Shown here: in pieces, positions 9,560 to 18,241 of the stretch
Position numbering within the stretch: the stretch's first letter is position 1
Layout: each line of letters opens with the position of its first letter
From: a virus
Virus record (IMG/VR): IMGVR_UViG_2881147464_000001
Coordinates: 9,453-73,452 of that record
Length of the DNA stretch: 64,000 nucleotides
Reading direction: 5' to 3' (one strand)
Translations under genes and position numbers: made by a program
Notes under the pieces: model-generated
Databases searched by the model: none
What the model saw: only the letters and a program-made list of their open reading frames with translations
What the model was told of the DNA's origin: nothing

Positions 9560-10875
9560 TCTGCCGCCCCCAATGCCTGTTCCTGGCGGATTGACCCGTC
9601 TTCGATGACGATTGCCGTTGGGCGGCTTGAGTCGACTGTCTCGACGAAGACCTGCAGATCGTGCTCGATCGCAAACTGCTCAAGTAGCGCCCATGATTTC
9701 TTATCGAGAAGGCTACCATCCTTGATGATGGCAACCTTGAGCTTTGGACTCATCGCTGCGGCGATCGCGACTGAGACGCGGATCTTCTCGGCTTGCGATG
9801 CCTGGTCGAGCGGCTGGCCGTTGAACAGCACCATGTCCTCGCCAAATTCCAACCCGTCTACGGGCATCTTGGCCTTCCGGACAGCTTCCGCCTTTTCCTT
9901 CTTGCGGGCGTCCATGGCGGCCGTGAGGGCGGCGCTGTTGGCCTCAGCAGCCTCGGCCTTCTTGATCAGGTCGGCGCGCTCGATCTTCCTGGTGACATGG
10001 GCGTTGATTGCCCGGGCGGCATTGATCTTGCCGGTGATTTCAGATTGATCGATTGGTGCCGGAAGTTCACCGGCCTTTGCCAAGCGCCCCTTCTGCTCTG
10101 ATATCCATCCTTCGTCGGCGGATATGCCCTCCTCGACGGCCGCAATCTTTTGCTTCAGTTCTTCGACCTGTGCGCGAGCGCGACCGATATCTTCACCGCG
10201 CCGGTCTATGTCCCTCTGGAGCGCCTGACGGTTGGCTCGCCGCTTTTCGATGTCGGCGTTGTGGGCGCCGGCACTTTGCAGTTCTTCCACAAGAGCGGAC
10301 TCGTCGATCGGTTCGTCCGGGGTATCCGCCGGCACTAGGATGCCGCTGATACGAGCTCGAAGATCCTTTGCCGATCGGTTGACGTCCGTCCTGGTCTCAA
10401 AATCCTCGCGATTCTTTTTGTCGATCGCATTGAAATCGAAATCAGGGACGAACCTTTTCAGTATCTCTGCCTGCTCCTTCCCTTCCATACGGGTGAAGGC
10501 GAGGGGATCGAACGTGAAGGCACTCAGCCAACCCGTCATCATGTTCTGCGGAGATGGGAACCTGGCGCCGTCGGCGCTCTCGACCGTCAAGGATTCGGCT
10601 GGCTTGCCGTTCTTGTCGGTCCAGAATTTGCGGATGACCCGGATGGTCGACGCGCCAACGCCGTCGACATGAATTTCAATGGTCGCCTCTTCGGCACCAT
10701 CCCGGATCGGCTTCCATGCAATTTCTTTCTTGCCGCCCATAGTAGCGAGTGCGCTGAGCGTGCTTGTTTTGCCTGCGCCGTTCGATCCTGTGATCTCGTT
10801 CAGACCACCCTTCGGATCAAACTCGACGTTCTCGACGCGCATGTAGTTGTTGATGCGCAGATAGGATATGGGCAT
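9556..10875 (-). CDS. SMC/Rad50-like AAA ATPase with coiled coil
   Basis: Walker A GSNGAGKT; ASQAE signature; Walker B IIKDGSLLD. Confidence 0.85.
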   Translation of the reverse strand: MPISYLRINNYMRVENVEFDPKGGLNEITGSNGAGKTSTLSALATMGGKKEIAWKPIRDGAEEATIEIHVDGVGASTIRVIRKFWTDKNGKPAESLTVESADGARFPSPQNMMTGWLSAFTFDPLAFTRMEGKEQAEILKRFVPDFDFNAIDKKNREDFETRTDVNRSAKDLRARISGILVPADTPDEPIDESALVEELQSAGAHNADIEKRRANRQALQRDIDRRGEDIGRARAQVEELKQKIAAVEEGISADEGWISEQKGRLAKAGELPAPIDQSEITGKINAARAINAHVTRKIERADLIKKAEAAEANSAALTAAMDARKKEKAEAVRKAKMPVDGLEFGEDMVLFNGQPLDQASQAEKIRVSVAIAAAMSPKLKVAIIKDGSLLDKKSWALLEQFAIEHDLQVFVETVDSSRPTAIVIEDGSIRQEQALGAAE

Positions 10876-10879
10876 GAGG

Positions 10880-11131
10880 TCAATCGCTCCGGATGTTTAA
10901 ATGATGCATGACGATGCCAGCACCGGCGTCGCTGCGCTTCGCCTCGACCTCGTCGGGATGCGGCTCGGTGAGCTCGCAGTAGCGGTGCCGCGCGCGTAGA
11001 ATGAACTCGCGGTCGGTGTCGAACTTCTCGATCGCCAGCAGAGCCTCGCGCACCTTGGCGATCGCCTCGGACTCCGGCTTGCGATTGGTTCGGTTGATGG
11101 TGGTCGCTTCGTTGGCGCAGACGTGGTTCAT
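10880..11131 (-). CDS. hypothetical protein
   Basis: ORF in coupled leftward operon. Confidence 0.55.
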   Translation of the reverse strand: MNHVCANEATTINRTNRKPESEAIAKVREALLAIEKFDTDREFILRARHRYCELTEPHPDEVEAKRSDAGAGIVMHHLNIRSD

Positions 11132-11319
11132 GCTGCTTGGTCCACGTATTCGATGCTGCCCGGGTGAACTGGGACTGCTTGCTCCGCGCCATCGAAAAGC
11201 ACAAAGACATGCGTCGCATCGCCGTCTGGCTGGACAACCACGACGCCCTCTTTGCGCGTTTCGTCGTGCACGACGCGGCGGCCGATCTGCTTGGGATAAG
11301 GACTGATCAGTTCGCGCAT
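11128..11319 (-). CDS. hypothetical protein (small beta-rich)
   Basis: ORF with ATGA coupling. Confidence 0.55.
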   Translation of the reverse strand: MRELISPYPKQIGRRVVHDETRKEGVVVVQPDGDATHVFVLFDGAEQAVPVHPGSIEYVDQAA

Positions 11320-11507
11320 GGCGCTGCCCTCATAAGTTTCCTGTACTTCAACATCACCTTGTGGGCTGCGGCGTCCTTCAGTTGGGACGCCAAGTCCATG
11401 GCGATGCGGCTATGGAAAAGGGCGGCGTAACGGTCGCCCTTGATGTGGAAATTGACGGCCTCAGCAAGGTGCGCGAGCATGTCTTCGCGGGCTAGGCACT
11501 GGATCAT
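11307..11507 (-). CDS. hypothetical protein
   Basis: ORF in coupled operon. Confidence 0.5.
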   Translation of the reverse strand: MIQCLAREDMLAHLAEAVNFHIKGDRYAALFHSRIAMDLASQLKDAAAHKVMLKYRKLMRAAPCAN

Positions 11508-11773
11508 GGCGCCACCGCATCAAGCTTGAGACCGTCGATCAGTTGTTCTTCCGTCCGGGTGAAGAAAGTGTCCGCGCCACTGTTGGCCTGGATTTCGTCA
11601 TTCACCCGATCGCAGAAGGAGTCGCAGGTGCAAAACTCGCCGCAGATCTTGTATTGCGCGACACTCTTCCGCCGCTCGATCTCCTCGACGTATTTCGCCG
11701 ACGAGATGACCTTGGCATCGGCCCAAGCGCGCAACTGGCCGAGAGGATATTGGGCGAGGGGGTTGTTGCTCAT
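11504..11773 (-). CDS. hypothetical protein
   Basis: Start MSNNPL at 11773, ATGA overlap. Confidence 0.55.
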   Translation of the reverse strand: MSNNPLAQYPLGQLRAWADAKVISSAKYVEEIERRKSVAQYKICGEFCTCDSFCDRVNDEIQANSGADTFFTRTEEQLIDGLKLDAVAP

Positions 11774-12003
11774 GCCTTCTGCCTTTCGGCAAGCATGGCG
11801 TCGGCCGCGATGTATGCGCGTTCGGCATGGCCAGACCACGTCAGGTCATAGCCGTGAGCAAGAAGTCCAAAGAGTGCCTGCCCCGCGAACCAGTCGCGAA
11901 GACTCATGCCTTCCTGCGGCTGCACCCATTCTGGAGAATTGGGCCCGGGAACTTCGCCGCCAGTGCGCGGGAACGCTTGTCCGCCGTCATTGCGCGCACT
12001 CAT
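11770..12003 (-). CDS. conserved small phage protein
   Basis: GGQAFP...GMSLRDWFAGQAL...AYIAADAMLAER, a very common prophage motif. Confidence 0.75.
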   Translation of the reverse strand: MSARNDGGQAFPRTGGEVPGPNSPEWVQPQEGMSLRDWFAGQALFGLLAHGYDLTWSGHAERAYIAADAMLAERQKA

Positions 12004-12173
12004 GGCTTCTCGGCCTCCGCAATCGCCGCGGTCAGCCTGTCAATCTGGCGCTGTGCGTTGCTCTGGCACTGGCGCATGCGCTGGTAGTTGTCGTGATAGC
12101 TGCAGTGCTCATAGGCCGCCTTCGCGTCGGCGAGTTCAGCCTTGAGCGCGTCGACGCTCTTGGGTGTGTTCAC
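12000..12173 (-). CDS. small coiled-coil hypothetical protein
   Basis: Hand translation from GTG: MNTPKSVDALKAELADAK...; GTGA/ATGA overlaps. Confidence 0.55.
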   Translation of the reverse strand: MNTPKSVDALKAELADAKAAYEHCSYHDNYQRMRQCQSNAQRQIDRLTAAIAEAEKP

Positions 12174-12553
12174 GGCCGCGCCTCCTCGCCGACGATCTGG
12201 CGACTGACATGCCGGTTGTTCACGCGCTCCAGGCGCGTAGCCTCACGAGCTCGCGCATAGGCCTCCGAGTGGGCCGAAACCACGCCGGCCGGGTTGCCAT
12301 CCAAATCAATGCGAACGGCGCCCTCGACCATGGCCTTGGCGTATTTCGGACCGGTGCAATAGTCGCTGATTGCAAGCTTGATGACCCGGCGCGGAATATC
12401 CTTGACCGCAGCGAGAACGTCCTTGTCGATGCCGATCTTGAGCGGCCTTTTCGCCGGCTCACCCTTGCGCGAAAAGGCAGATGGAAACAGCTTTGCCAGC
12501 CGCTCACGGGCGGGATTGATGTGCTCGCGATAGGTATAGAAGGGCTTCGACAA
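12170..12553 (-). CDS. ProQ/FinO-domain RNA chaperone
   Basis: FPSAF...RPLKIGIDKD...AISDYCTGPKY...RIDLDGNPAGVV; TTG start 5 nt after GGAGG. Confidence 0.85.
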   Translation of the reverse strand: MSKPFYTYREHINPARERLAKLFPSAFSRKGEPAKRPLKIGIDKDVLAAVKDIPRRVIKLAISDYCTGPKYAKAMVEGAVRIDLDGNPAGVVSAHSEAYARAREATRLERVNNRHVSRQIVGEEARP

Positions 12554-12587
12554 TTGGACCTCCGTGCGAGGGCGCCGCGGCGCGATT

Positions 12588-12800
12588 TCAATTCTTGCTT
12601 TGCGGATGGCCGTTCCCGCGCTTTGGCTCGGGTGGCCTGGTTTTCCAGAGGCGTTCCGCCTCGGCCGAACTGTCTGCGATCGGCCCGTCGGCACCACAGT
12701 TGTGGCAATTGACGTGGAACATTTGCATTTTGCCGGATCCAAACCGCTGGACGGAATTGTCGAGGGATCGGCAGAAGGGGCAGGCGTCGGATGCTGACAT
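12588..12800 (-). CDS. lar: Lar-family restriction alleviation protein
   Basis: CPFC...VNCHNCGADGP...AERLW. Confidence 0.75.
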   Translation of the reverse strand: MSASDACPFCRSLDNSVQRFGSGKMQMFHVNCHNCGADGPIADSSAEAERLWKTRPPEPKRGNGHPQSKN

Positions 12801-12957
12801 TGAGGTCTCCTTGGGACTTGGCCGGCATTCGCGCCGGCCACCAAATTTTCCATTGATGCCATTCGCCGAACCTGAGATTTCAGATGAGCTTCATCGCCAG
12901 GCGCCTCCTTGAGATCGGGAAGGTTTGAGCCGGTTTGTCGGCGTTCAATGACGCAAC

Positions 12958-12985
12958 AATATGCATATCACATAAATTCCGTCAA
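12958..12985 (-). promoter_or_regulatory. leftward sigma70-type promoter with overlapping operator (12959..12973)
   Basis: TTGACG-16-CATATT on minus strand; contains ATGTGATATGCATAT identical to the site at 14301. Confidence 0.75.
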
Positions 12986-12993
12986 CAGGAAAA

Positions 12994-13008
12994 ATGTGAA
13001 ATCCATAT
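12994..13008 (+). promoter_or_regulatory. second operator copy
   Basis: ATGTGAAATCCATAT, 2 mismatches to ATGTGATATGCATAT. Confidence 0.6.
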
Positions 13009-13015
13009 TTCTACG

Positions 13016-13044
13016 TTGACGATATGCAGAACACCCCGCATATT
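13016..13044 (+). promoter_or_regulatory. rightward promoter into the structured intergenic region
   Basis: TTGACG-17-CATATT. Confidence 0.6.
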
Positions 13045-13050
13045 CACGGA

Positions 13051-13335
13051 GTGTTGACCTTAATCACAATCTGATTTTTTTGCAGCGACCGGGTGCAATT
13101 CCTTGGTCTGGCGATCGGCTGCGGGCGCGGGAACCGAAAGTCCTACGGTGCCACCAGAAACAGAGGACGAGTACCCCGTAAGGGATCTCTGGCTTGCGTC
13201 CCATCCCAGGCTCCGGCCTTCAGGACACGCCAAAGGCTCCCCCGCCCCTTGGACTGGATCCATGGGGTAGGGGGAACCTTTGGCTGGAACCCTCCCTCAC
13301 CGACCTTCAGAACGGATGGGTGAGGAAGGGTATAT
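13051..13335 (+). ncRNA. candidate structured ncRNA
   Basis: Own promoter, T-loop-like GGTGCAATTCC, several stems, no convincing ORF. Confidence 0.45.
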
Positions 13336-13394
13336 CAGACTTGTTGCATGTTGTGGATAACGCCGAATCCCCGTTCGAATCCGGACAGCAATCT

Positions 13395-13844
13395 TTAGTG
13401 AGAGGCCTTCTTCGAGGCCTGCTTCAGTTTCTCAATGAAAGCATCCATCTCGACCGGTGAAATACGCAGGCAAAATGGAGCGTGTTCGGTGAATTGATAG
13501 ATCACCAGGCGATCGCCGGTATCCGGCTCGACGATGACTTCCGTAGTTGATGGCCTGAGCGCCGTTGCGCAGAGCTCAAGCATCTTTTCGATTCCCTTGT
13601 CCAACCTAAGCCTCTGTCGAAAGACCATCAGCTGAGTTGCGTATCGAACCTCATGATAAAGCGAGCCAATTCGCGAGAATGGCACGTAAACCACAGATTT
13701 CTGCCTATTCTCATGCTTTACATTAAACTCGCAAGCATCGCCGTCAGGCGATACTGACGCCTGACAAGCCTCGAACGTTTCAATTTTAGGGAAATCACTA
13801 CTTTCTGTTGTTGCCCATGCACTGGTGGCCAATGCTGCACCCAT
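13395..13844 (-). CDS. hypothetical protein downstream of repressor
   Basis: 149-aa ORF, same orientation as repressor. Confidence 0.6.
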   Translation of the reverse strand: MGAALATSAWATTESSDFPKIETFEACQASVSPDGDACEFNVKHENRQKSVVYVPFSRIGSLYHEVRYATQLMVFRQRLRLDKGIEKMLELCATALRPSTTEVIVEPDTGDRLVIYQFTEHAPFCLRISPVEMDAFIEKLKQASKKASH

Positions 13845-13887
13845 CGCTGCTCCGCCCTTATATTAACCCTCTCCGATCCCTCAAACA

Positions 13888-14250
13888 TTACTTTCGGCTC
13901 CTTTGCACTGCCCTGTCAACTATCCCGTCGAGATAGTCGAAGACGTCCATGAGGTCGTCCGGCTCAAGCAGTCTGAGCTTCTCTTTTGTATGTTCAGGAA
14001 TGGAAAGGTCAGGCGTGCCACCCGGCCCCCGGCCGACATTACTCCAAAGCCATGATTCATCTACCTTGAACGCTTTGGCGTAGTCGGAAAGCCAGTTCTG
14101 ATAGCCGGTTCTCCCGGTCTCATGCTGATTATAGGTCGCATTCTTCCAGCCGAATCGCTCGGCTGCGGCCTTGGCCGTCTTGAAGCCTCGTGCGAGGCGC
14201 GCCTGGACAAGGCGCTGTGCCCTTTCGGGTCTATCATCAAGATTTTTCAT
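13888..14250 (-). CDS. XRE-family HTH repressor (CI-like, no S24 peptidase domain)
   Basis: RLVQARLARGFKTAKAAAERFGWKNATYNQHETG HTH; divergent from cro. Confidence 0.85.
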   Translation of the reverse strand: MKNLDDRPERAQRLVQARLARGFKTAKAAAERFGWKNATYNQHETGRTGYQNWLSDYAKAFKVDESWLWSNVGRGPGGTPDLSIPEHTKEKLRLLEPDDLMDVFDYLDGIVDRAVQRSRK

Positions 14251-14288
14251 AAAATGCATCTTGCGCGATTCTGATATGCGTTTCGCCC

Positions 14289-14316
14289 TTGACAGAAAAT
14301 ATGTGATATGCATATT
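14289..14316 (+). promoter_or_regulatory. PR-like promoter with operator 14301..14315; probably leaderless cro mRNA
   Basis: TTGACA-16-CATATT, ATG 8 nt after the -10. Confidence 0.8.
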
Positions 14317-14323
14317 ACACGAT

Positions 14324-14554
14324 ATGACCGGAGCAAACGCACCCTTGAGCATGAAGGCGCTTCGCAAGCGCCTGAACTGGAATCAGAAGCGCCTGGCGCG
14401 TTTTCTGGGCGTCAATCAGTCAACCGTCTCCAATATGGAGAGGGCCGACAATCCGCCTAAGGGTGCGATTCTCATCTCCCTGCAGGTTCTTTCCGACGCG
14501 GCCGACGCCGGCACTGCCGATGCGTTGTGCCCCGAGCTCGAGGCCGCAGAGTGA
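14324..14554 (+). CDS. Cro-like HTH protein
   Basis: LRKRLNWNQKRLARFLGVNQSTVSNME. Confidence 0.85.
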   Translation: MTGANAPLSMKALRKRLNWNQKRLARFLGVNQSTVSNMERADNPPKGAILISLQVLSDAADAGTADALCPELEAAE

Positions 14555-14787
14555 ACCTCTTGTCCTCCAAAGACGCCTTTTGCCGCCCCGCGGGCACGGC
14601 GACGGCGTTCGTTGCGATGTGTGCTGGCTTTGAGTCACTCCATACGACGGGCGTGGACCATCGCCCCAATCTGATTTCTGGCGCGGCATGCGTTGGCTCG
14701 CGCATTCTTCGGACTATCACCTCGGGCGCCGATCTTGTGATCGTCGGCCGCAATCAACAACCAGTTAGGGCGGCGAACCGCCCATGA
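14551..14787 (+). CDS. possible small hypothetical protein
   Basis: GTGA overlap with cro stop; no recognisable motif. Confidence 0.3.
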   Translation: MNLLSSKDAFCRPAGTATAFVAMCAGFESLHTTGVDHRPNLISGAACVGSRILRTITSGADLVIVGRNQQPVRAANRP

Positions 14788-14944
14788 ACTTGTCCGCTCA
14801 TGATCTCGGCCAGTCTCGTGCTTGCCGGCCAGGAATGGTCCGAGGTTCTGGAGCATTTTCGTTTGTCCTTCTTTCCCGCGGCCCGGGGGTTGATCTGGGT
14901 GGGCCGCACTTCGATGAGGTTCAATGTATCGAAGGAGATCAGCC

Positions 14945-15367
14945 ATGTCCGACGCGAGAAGTGTCAAATCCGACACATTACGTGCCGAGGCTCCAATGAG
15001 AGCGTTGGCCGATACCAAAGGTATGGAAGCTCCCGAGCAGGCCAAGTTCTGGCTCGAGGGCATCGCCGCAAAAATGCATCGCGGGCCGCGCCGGGATACC
15101 TGGACGTCGGCGCGGGATCGTGCGGCAGAATTCGCCGGCATCGAGATTTCGATGGCCAAGCGAATTTGGCAGCGCTGGGAGGACATGAAGGATGTGTCCG
15201 GCTCGGCTCTCGTCAAACTGATGATCGCATACGAGAGAATTTGCGAAACCAACGAACGGGCTGCCGACAGCTATCGGGCTGAACGGCTGGGAACGGGGTC
15301 AAAGGATGCGACGCCTTACAAAGAGTCTCGCGCGGCGGGGCTGGGAATGGATGCTGCTCATCATTGA
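14945..15367 (+). CDS. hypothetical regulator-like protein (CII position)
   Basis: GGAG SD before MSDARS; AGIEISMAKRIW HTH-like segment. Confidence 0.6.
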   Translation: MSDARSVKSDTLRAEAPMRALADTKGMEAPEQAKFWLEGIAAKMHRGPRRDTWTSARDRAAEFAGIEISMAKRIWQRWEDMKDVSGSALVKLMIAYERICETNERAADSYRAERLGTGSKDATPYKESRAAGLGMDAAHH

Positions 15368-15388
15368 TCGGGCACTGAAAGGAAAGAA

Positions 15389-15544
15389 ATGAAACTGACG
15401 CGACCGGAACGGCGACGCGTTCTCCGAGAACAGCGAAGGCAGGAAGTCTTCGATGGAAGCGCCACTGCCGCAAAGATCCGGCATGTTCTCGCGAAGAAAG
15501 AGCGCAGGGCAAAAGCAGCCGCTGCACAACAGAATTCTGCCTGA
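15389..15544 (+). CDS. small basic protein (51 aa)
   Basis: Hand translation MKLTRPERRRVLREQRR...; AAGGA SD. Confidence 0.5.
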   Translation: MKLTRPERRRVLREQRRQEVFDGSATAAKIRHVLAKKERRAKAAAAQQNSA

Positions 15545-15595
15545 CGGCAGGATGGAAGTGCCTACCAACCTCTCAACCAACCAAAGGAATGATGA

Positions 15596-16033
15596 ATGTT
15601 CGGAAATCTCTTCAAAGGGAAAGCCAAGGAAGCCATCAACCAGTTCTCCGGCAACAAGGACTTTCTCGAGGGCATGTGCGCCGCCTGCGCGCTGACGGCC
15701 GCCGCCGAGGGCGGCATCGACGACGCCGAGTACGAGAAGACGCTCACGGTCATCCGGTCGAACTCGGCGATCTCCAAAGGCTTCGGCTCGACCGAGATCG
15801 AGTCGGTCTTCGCGCGCATGCAGGGCAAGACCACGACGCGCTCCGGCAAGGCGGAACTGAAGAACGAGATCCGCGAGGTGATCGCCAGGGACCGGACCGG
15901 CTCGCTCGGCCAGGCCATCGTGCTCGCCAGTCTGGACGTCGCCGACGAAGGCGGCATCTCAGCGGCGGAAACGGCGGTCATGCGCGACATCGCGTCGATC
16001 TGCAACGTCAACTACGACAAGCTCGCCGCCTGA
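15596..16033 (+). CDS. terB: TerB-family (tellurite resistance-like) protein
   Basis: ACALTAAAEGGIDDAE...VADEGGISAAETAVMRDIA. Confidence 0.85.
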   Translation: MFGNLFKGKAKEAINQFSGNKDFLEGMCAACALTAAAEGGIDDAEYEKTLTVIRSNSAISKGFGSTEIESVFARMQGKTTTRSGKAELKNEIREVIARDRTGSLGQAIVLASLDVADEGGISAAETAVMRDIASICNVNYDKLAA

Positions 16034-16073
16034 TCTGATCGGCGCCGATCTCAATCACCGAAGGGAGATTTGA

Positions 16074-16952
16074 GTGATCAAGAGACTTTTGATTGCCGTG
16101 GCGATCGCCACACTGCTACCCGCCGCGGCCATGGCTGACATTCGGCTATGCACCGGCTCCTCGAGCGGCAACTACTTCGCCGCAGGACAGGAGATCGCCA
16201 AGATGGCCGGCAAGAATCTGCCCGTCTCGGTGGTCGAGACCGAAGGCACCATCGACAACCTGCAGCGTCTCATCGACCAGCCGGCCGATTCGCCGACGGC
16301 GTGCGACGCGATGATCGGCCAACCTGACGGACCGGTCTATATCGGACGGCAGTCGCCGGCGAAGGTGAAGAAACTGCGCCAGGTCGGCGGTCTTCATCGC
16401 GAGTATCTTCACGTTCTGTGCTCCAAGGCGTCAGGCGTCGACGATCTCGGCGACATTGCCGATGGTGGGCACTCGCTGGCAATCGGCGAGCCCGGTTCCG
16501 GCGCCTGGCTGATATGGCAAAACATCATCGCCGAAGACGACAGCTACGCGAAGGTTCCCGTCACCAATGAAGGCGGCATCATCGCACTTTCTGCCGTGGC
16601 CTCCGATGTGACCACATGCATGCTTGTGCCGTCCGGTCTGAAGAACGGCACCGTCATGGAGGCGGACAGCAATTTCGGCGACAGTGTCGTCCTGGCTGAC
16701 GCCAATGACAAGGATTTCAACGACGCGACGGACATCACCGGCAAGCCGCTCTATACCTACGTGGACATCCCGTCTGGCACCTATCCGAATTCGCTCCAAA
16801 CCGGACTCTTCGGCAGTTCCGTCTCGACGATCTCGTGGCTGGCCGGCGTCTATGTGAACACCGATCGCTTCACGGACCAGAAGCAACTGGCGGCATTCAT
16901 TCAGGCGGTTGCCCGCGCTTCCGCCGGCATCAAGGCGGAATACGGCCAATGA
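16074..16952 (+). CDS. TAXI-family TRAP-type solute-binding protein homologue
   Basis: Signal peptide; LCTGSSSGNYFAAG, ETEGTIDNL, LHREYLHVL, IGEPGSGA. Confidence 0.8.
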   Translation: MIKRLLIAVAIATLLPAAAMADIRLCTGSSSGNYFAAGQEIAKMAGKNLPVSVVETEGTIDNLQRLIDQPADSPTACDAMIGQPDGPVYIGRQSPAKVKKLRQVGGLHREYLHVLCSKASGVDDLGDIADGGHSLAIGEPGSGAWLIWQNIIAEDDSYAKVPVTNEGGIIALSAVASDVTTCMLVPSGLKNGTVMEADSNFGDSVVLADANDKDFNDATDITGKPLYTYVDIPSGTYPNSLQTGLFGSSVSTISWLAGVYVNTDRFTDQKQLAAFIQAVARASAGIKAEYGQ

Positions 16953-17137
16953 TCGCCTGGCTCAAAGCGAAGGCGCTTGGTGCCATCCTCGTCATCCAGT
17001 TGGTGTTGATCGTGCTGCAGTTCGTCATCTTCAACACCTTCCTGGATCTCTTCTCGAGCCTCTTCGTCGCCGCCCTCATCTTTGCCTACTCGAAGATGGA
17101 GACGATCGAGGGTTGGCTTAAGGGGTCAAAGTCCTGA
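16949..17137 (+). CDS. small 2-TM membrane protein
   Basis: Hydrophobic; ATGA-coupled to TAXI gene. Confidence 0.65.
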   Translation: MIAWLKAKALGAILVIQLVLIVLQFVIFNTFLDLFSSLFVAALIFAYSKMETIEGWLKGSKS

Positions 17138-17209
17138 TCGCCGCATAGGCGGCAGCAATAACTAAATGGCCAGCCGGGGGCCTTTCCCGGCACCAATTCA
17201 AGGAGAAGC

Positions 17210-17512
17210 GTGATGATGAAGGCAGGTCTATTTTTGGCAGCGTTCCTCGCGCTGTCTCCGGCGCATGCGGAAGAGTCAAAGTGCTCGAAATGGGGCGCGC
17301 TGAAACAAGCTCTCGCGGACAAGTTCCATGAGGTGCAGATTGCGGCCGCGCTCATCAACGACCATGCGATGATGGCGGTGTTCGCGTCGCCTGGCGGTGA
17401 GACCTGGACCACGGTGGCGGTGGGCGTCGATGGAACCGCATGCGTACTGACCGTCGGAACTGGCTGGGCCGTTATCGCGCCGCCGGGCGACCACAGCGGA
17501 GCGCCGACGTGA
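17210..17512 (+). CDS. small secreted protein
   Basis: Signal peptide; two Cys; common alphaproteobacterial phage type (FASPGGETWT...ACV). Confidence 0.65.
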   Translation: MMMKAGLFLAAFLALSPAHAEESKCSKWGALKQALADKFHEVQIAAALINDHAMMAVFASPGGETWTTVAVGVDGTACVLTVGTGWAVIAPPGDHSGAPT

Positions 17513-17541
17513 GGTCTGCGCGACGCCAACCATATCAATCG

Positions 17542-17676
17542 ATGAGCGCATCCGTTGCGCTGGCTGCCTTCTTTGGCGCCGTCTTCGTCGTCCTGCTCAT
17601 CACATTGAGATCTGGCGGAAATCGTCACGCGCCGATCGAGATGGGAACTGAACTCTCAACAATAACTCAAGGCTGA
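17542..17676 (+). CDS. small single-TM protein
   Basis: MSASVALAAFFGAVFVVLLITLR. Confidence 0.5.
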   Translation: MSASVALAAFFGAVFVVLLITLRSGGNRHAPIEMGTELSTITQG

Positions 17677-17689
17677 AAAGGGGACGTGC

Positions 17690-18241
17690 ATGCTAAACAA
17701 TCTTTTGCTCTATCGGATCGCAGTGTTCAACGCATGCATCGTCGCCGGCCTGATCTGGGGTTTCATGCAGGGTCGCGTCCAGGTTCTCTTCGCGCACGAG
17801 ACTACCGGAATCGGATATGGGATGGTGGTCGTTTTCGTCATCGCGATGATTGGCTTCATCCAGCGGGTGCGGAAGACATCGGCGGCGCTGAACGATGTGA
17901 AAGCGGGCAGGTGGGTCGACATCCGCAAATTCAAGGTCAAGGGATCGTTCGTGCCTGCGGTCTCGGTATGGCTTGTCACGCTCGGTCTGATTGGTAACAT
18001 TGCGGGCTTTTCTCAGGCCGTTGAGGCGCTGAACCTATCGGGTGGCGGTGACGCCGCGCTCAATGCCATCGGGCAGATGATCGCCGGCATGAAGGTCGCG
18101 TTTTACACGACCATGATCGGAACAAGTCTCGGCCTCTGGCTTGGCGTCAACGGCCACATCCTTCGCGTCGCGACGGCGCTCTTGCAGATCGATGCCGAGG
18201 CCCTGCGGCCGCGCTCGTTCCCGCAGGTTATCGCGCCATGA
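17690..18241 (+). CDS. MotA/TolQ/ExbB proton-channel family protein
   Basis: TM signatures LGLIGNIAG and GMKVAFYTTMIG. Confidence 0.8.
   Translation: MLNNLLLYRIAVFNACIVAGLIWGFMQGRVQVLFAHETTGIGYGMVVVFVIAMIGFIQRVRKTSAALNDVKAGRWVDIRKFKVKGSFVPAVSVWLVTLGLIGNIAGFSQAVEALNLSGGGDAALNAIGQMIAGMKVAFYTTMIGTSLGLWLGVNGHILRVATALLQIDAEALRPRSFPQVIAP

Noticed and set aside
12170-12862. 230-aa version of the ProQ ORF
   Set aside because: It overlaps the Lar gene in another frame; an internal TTG with a GGAGG SD at 12553 gives a clean FinO domain
13061-13075. AATCA-caatc-TGATT as a twelfth start-associated hairpin
   Set aside because: 5-nt loop and not positioned upstream of a start codon
13086-13110. Cobalamin riboswitch-like GGTGCAATTCC
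   Set aside because: Only the T-loop matches; no B12 box and no downstream gene on that strand
13128-13180. Resemblance to RNase P RNA (GAAAGTCC and GTGCCACCAGAAAC)
   Set aside because: Spacing is far too short and the 3' P4 strand (AGAACCCGGCTTA-like) is missing; kept only as a generic structured RNA
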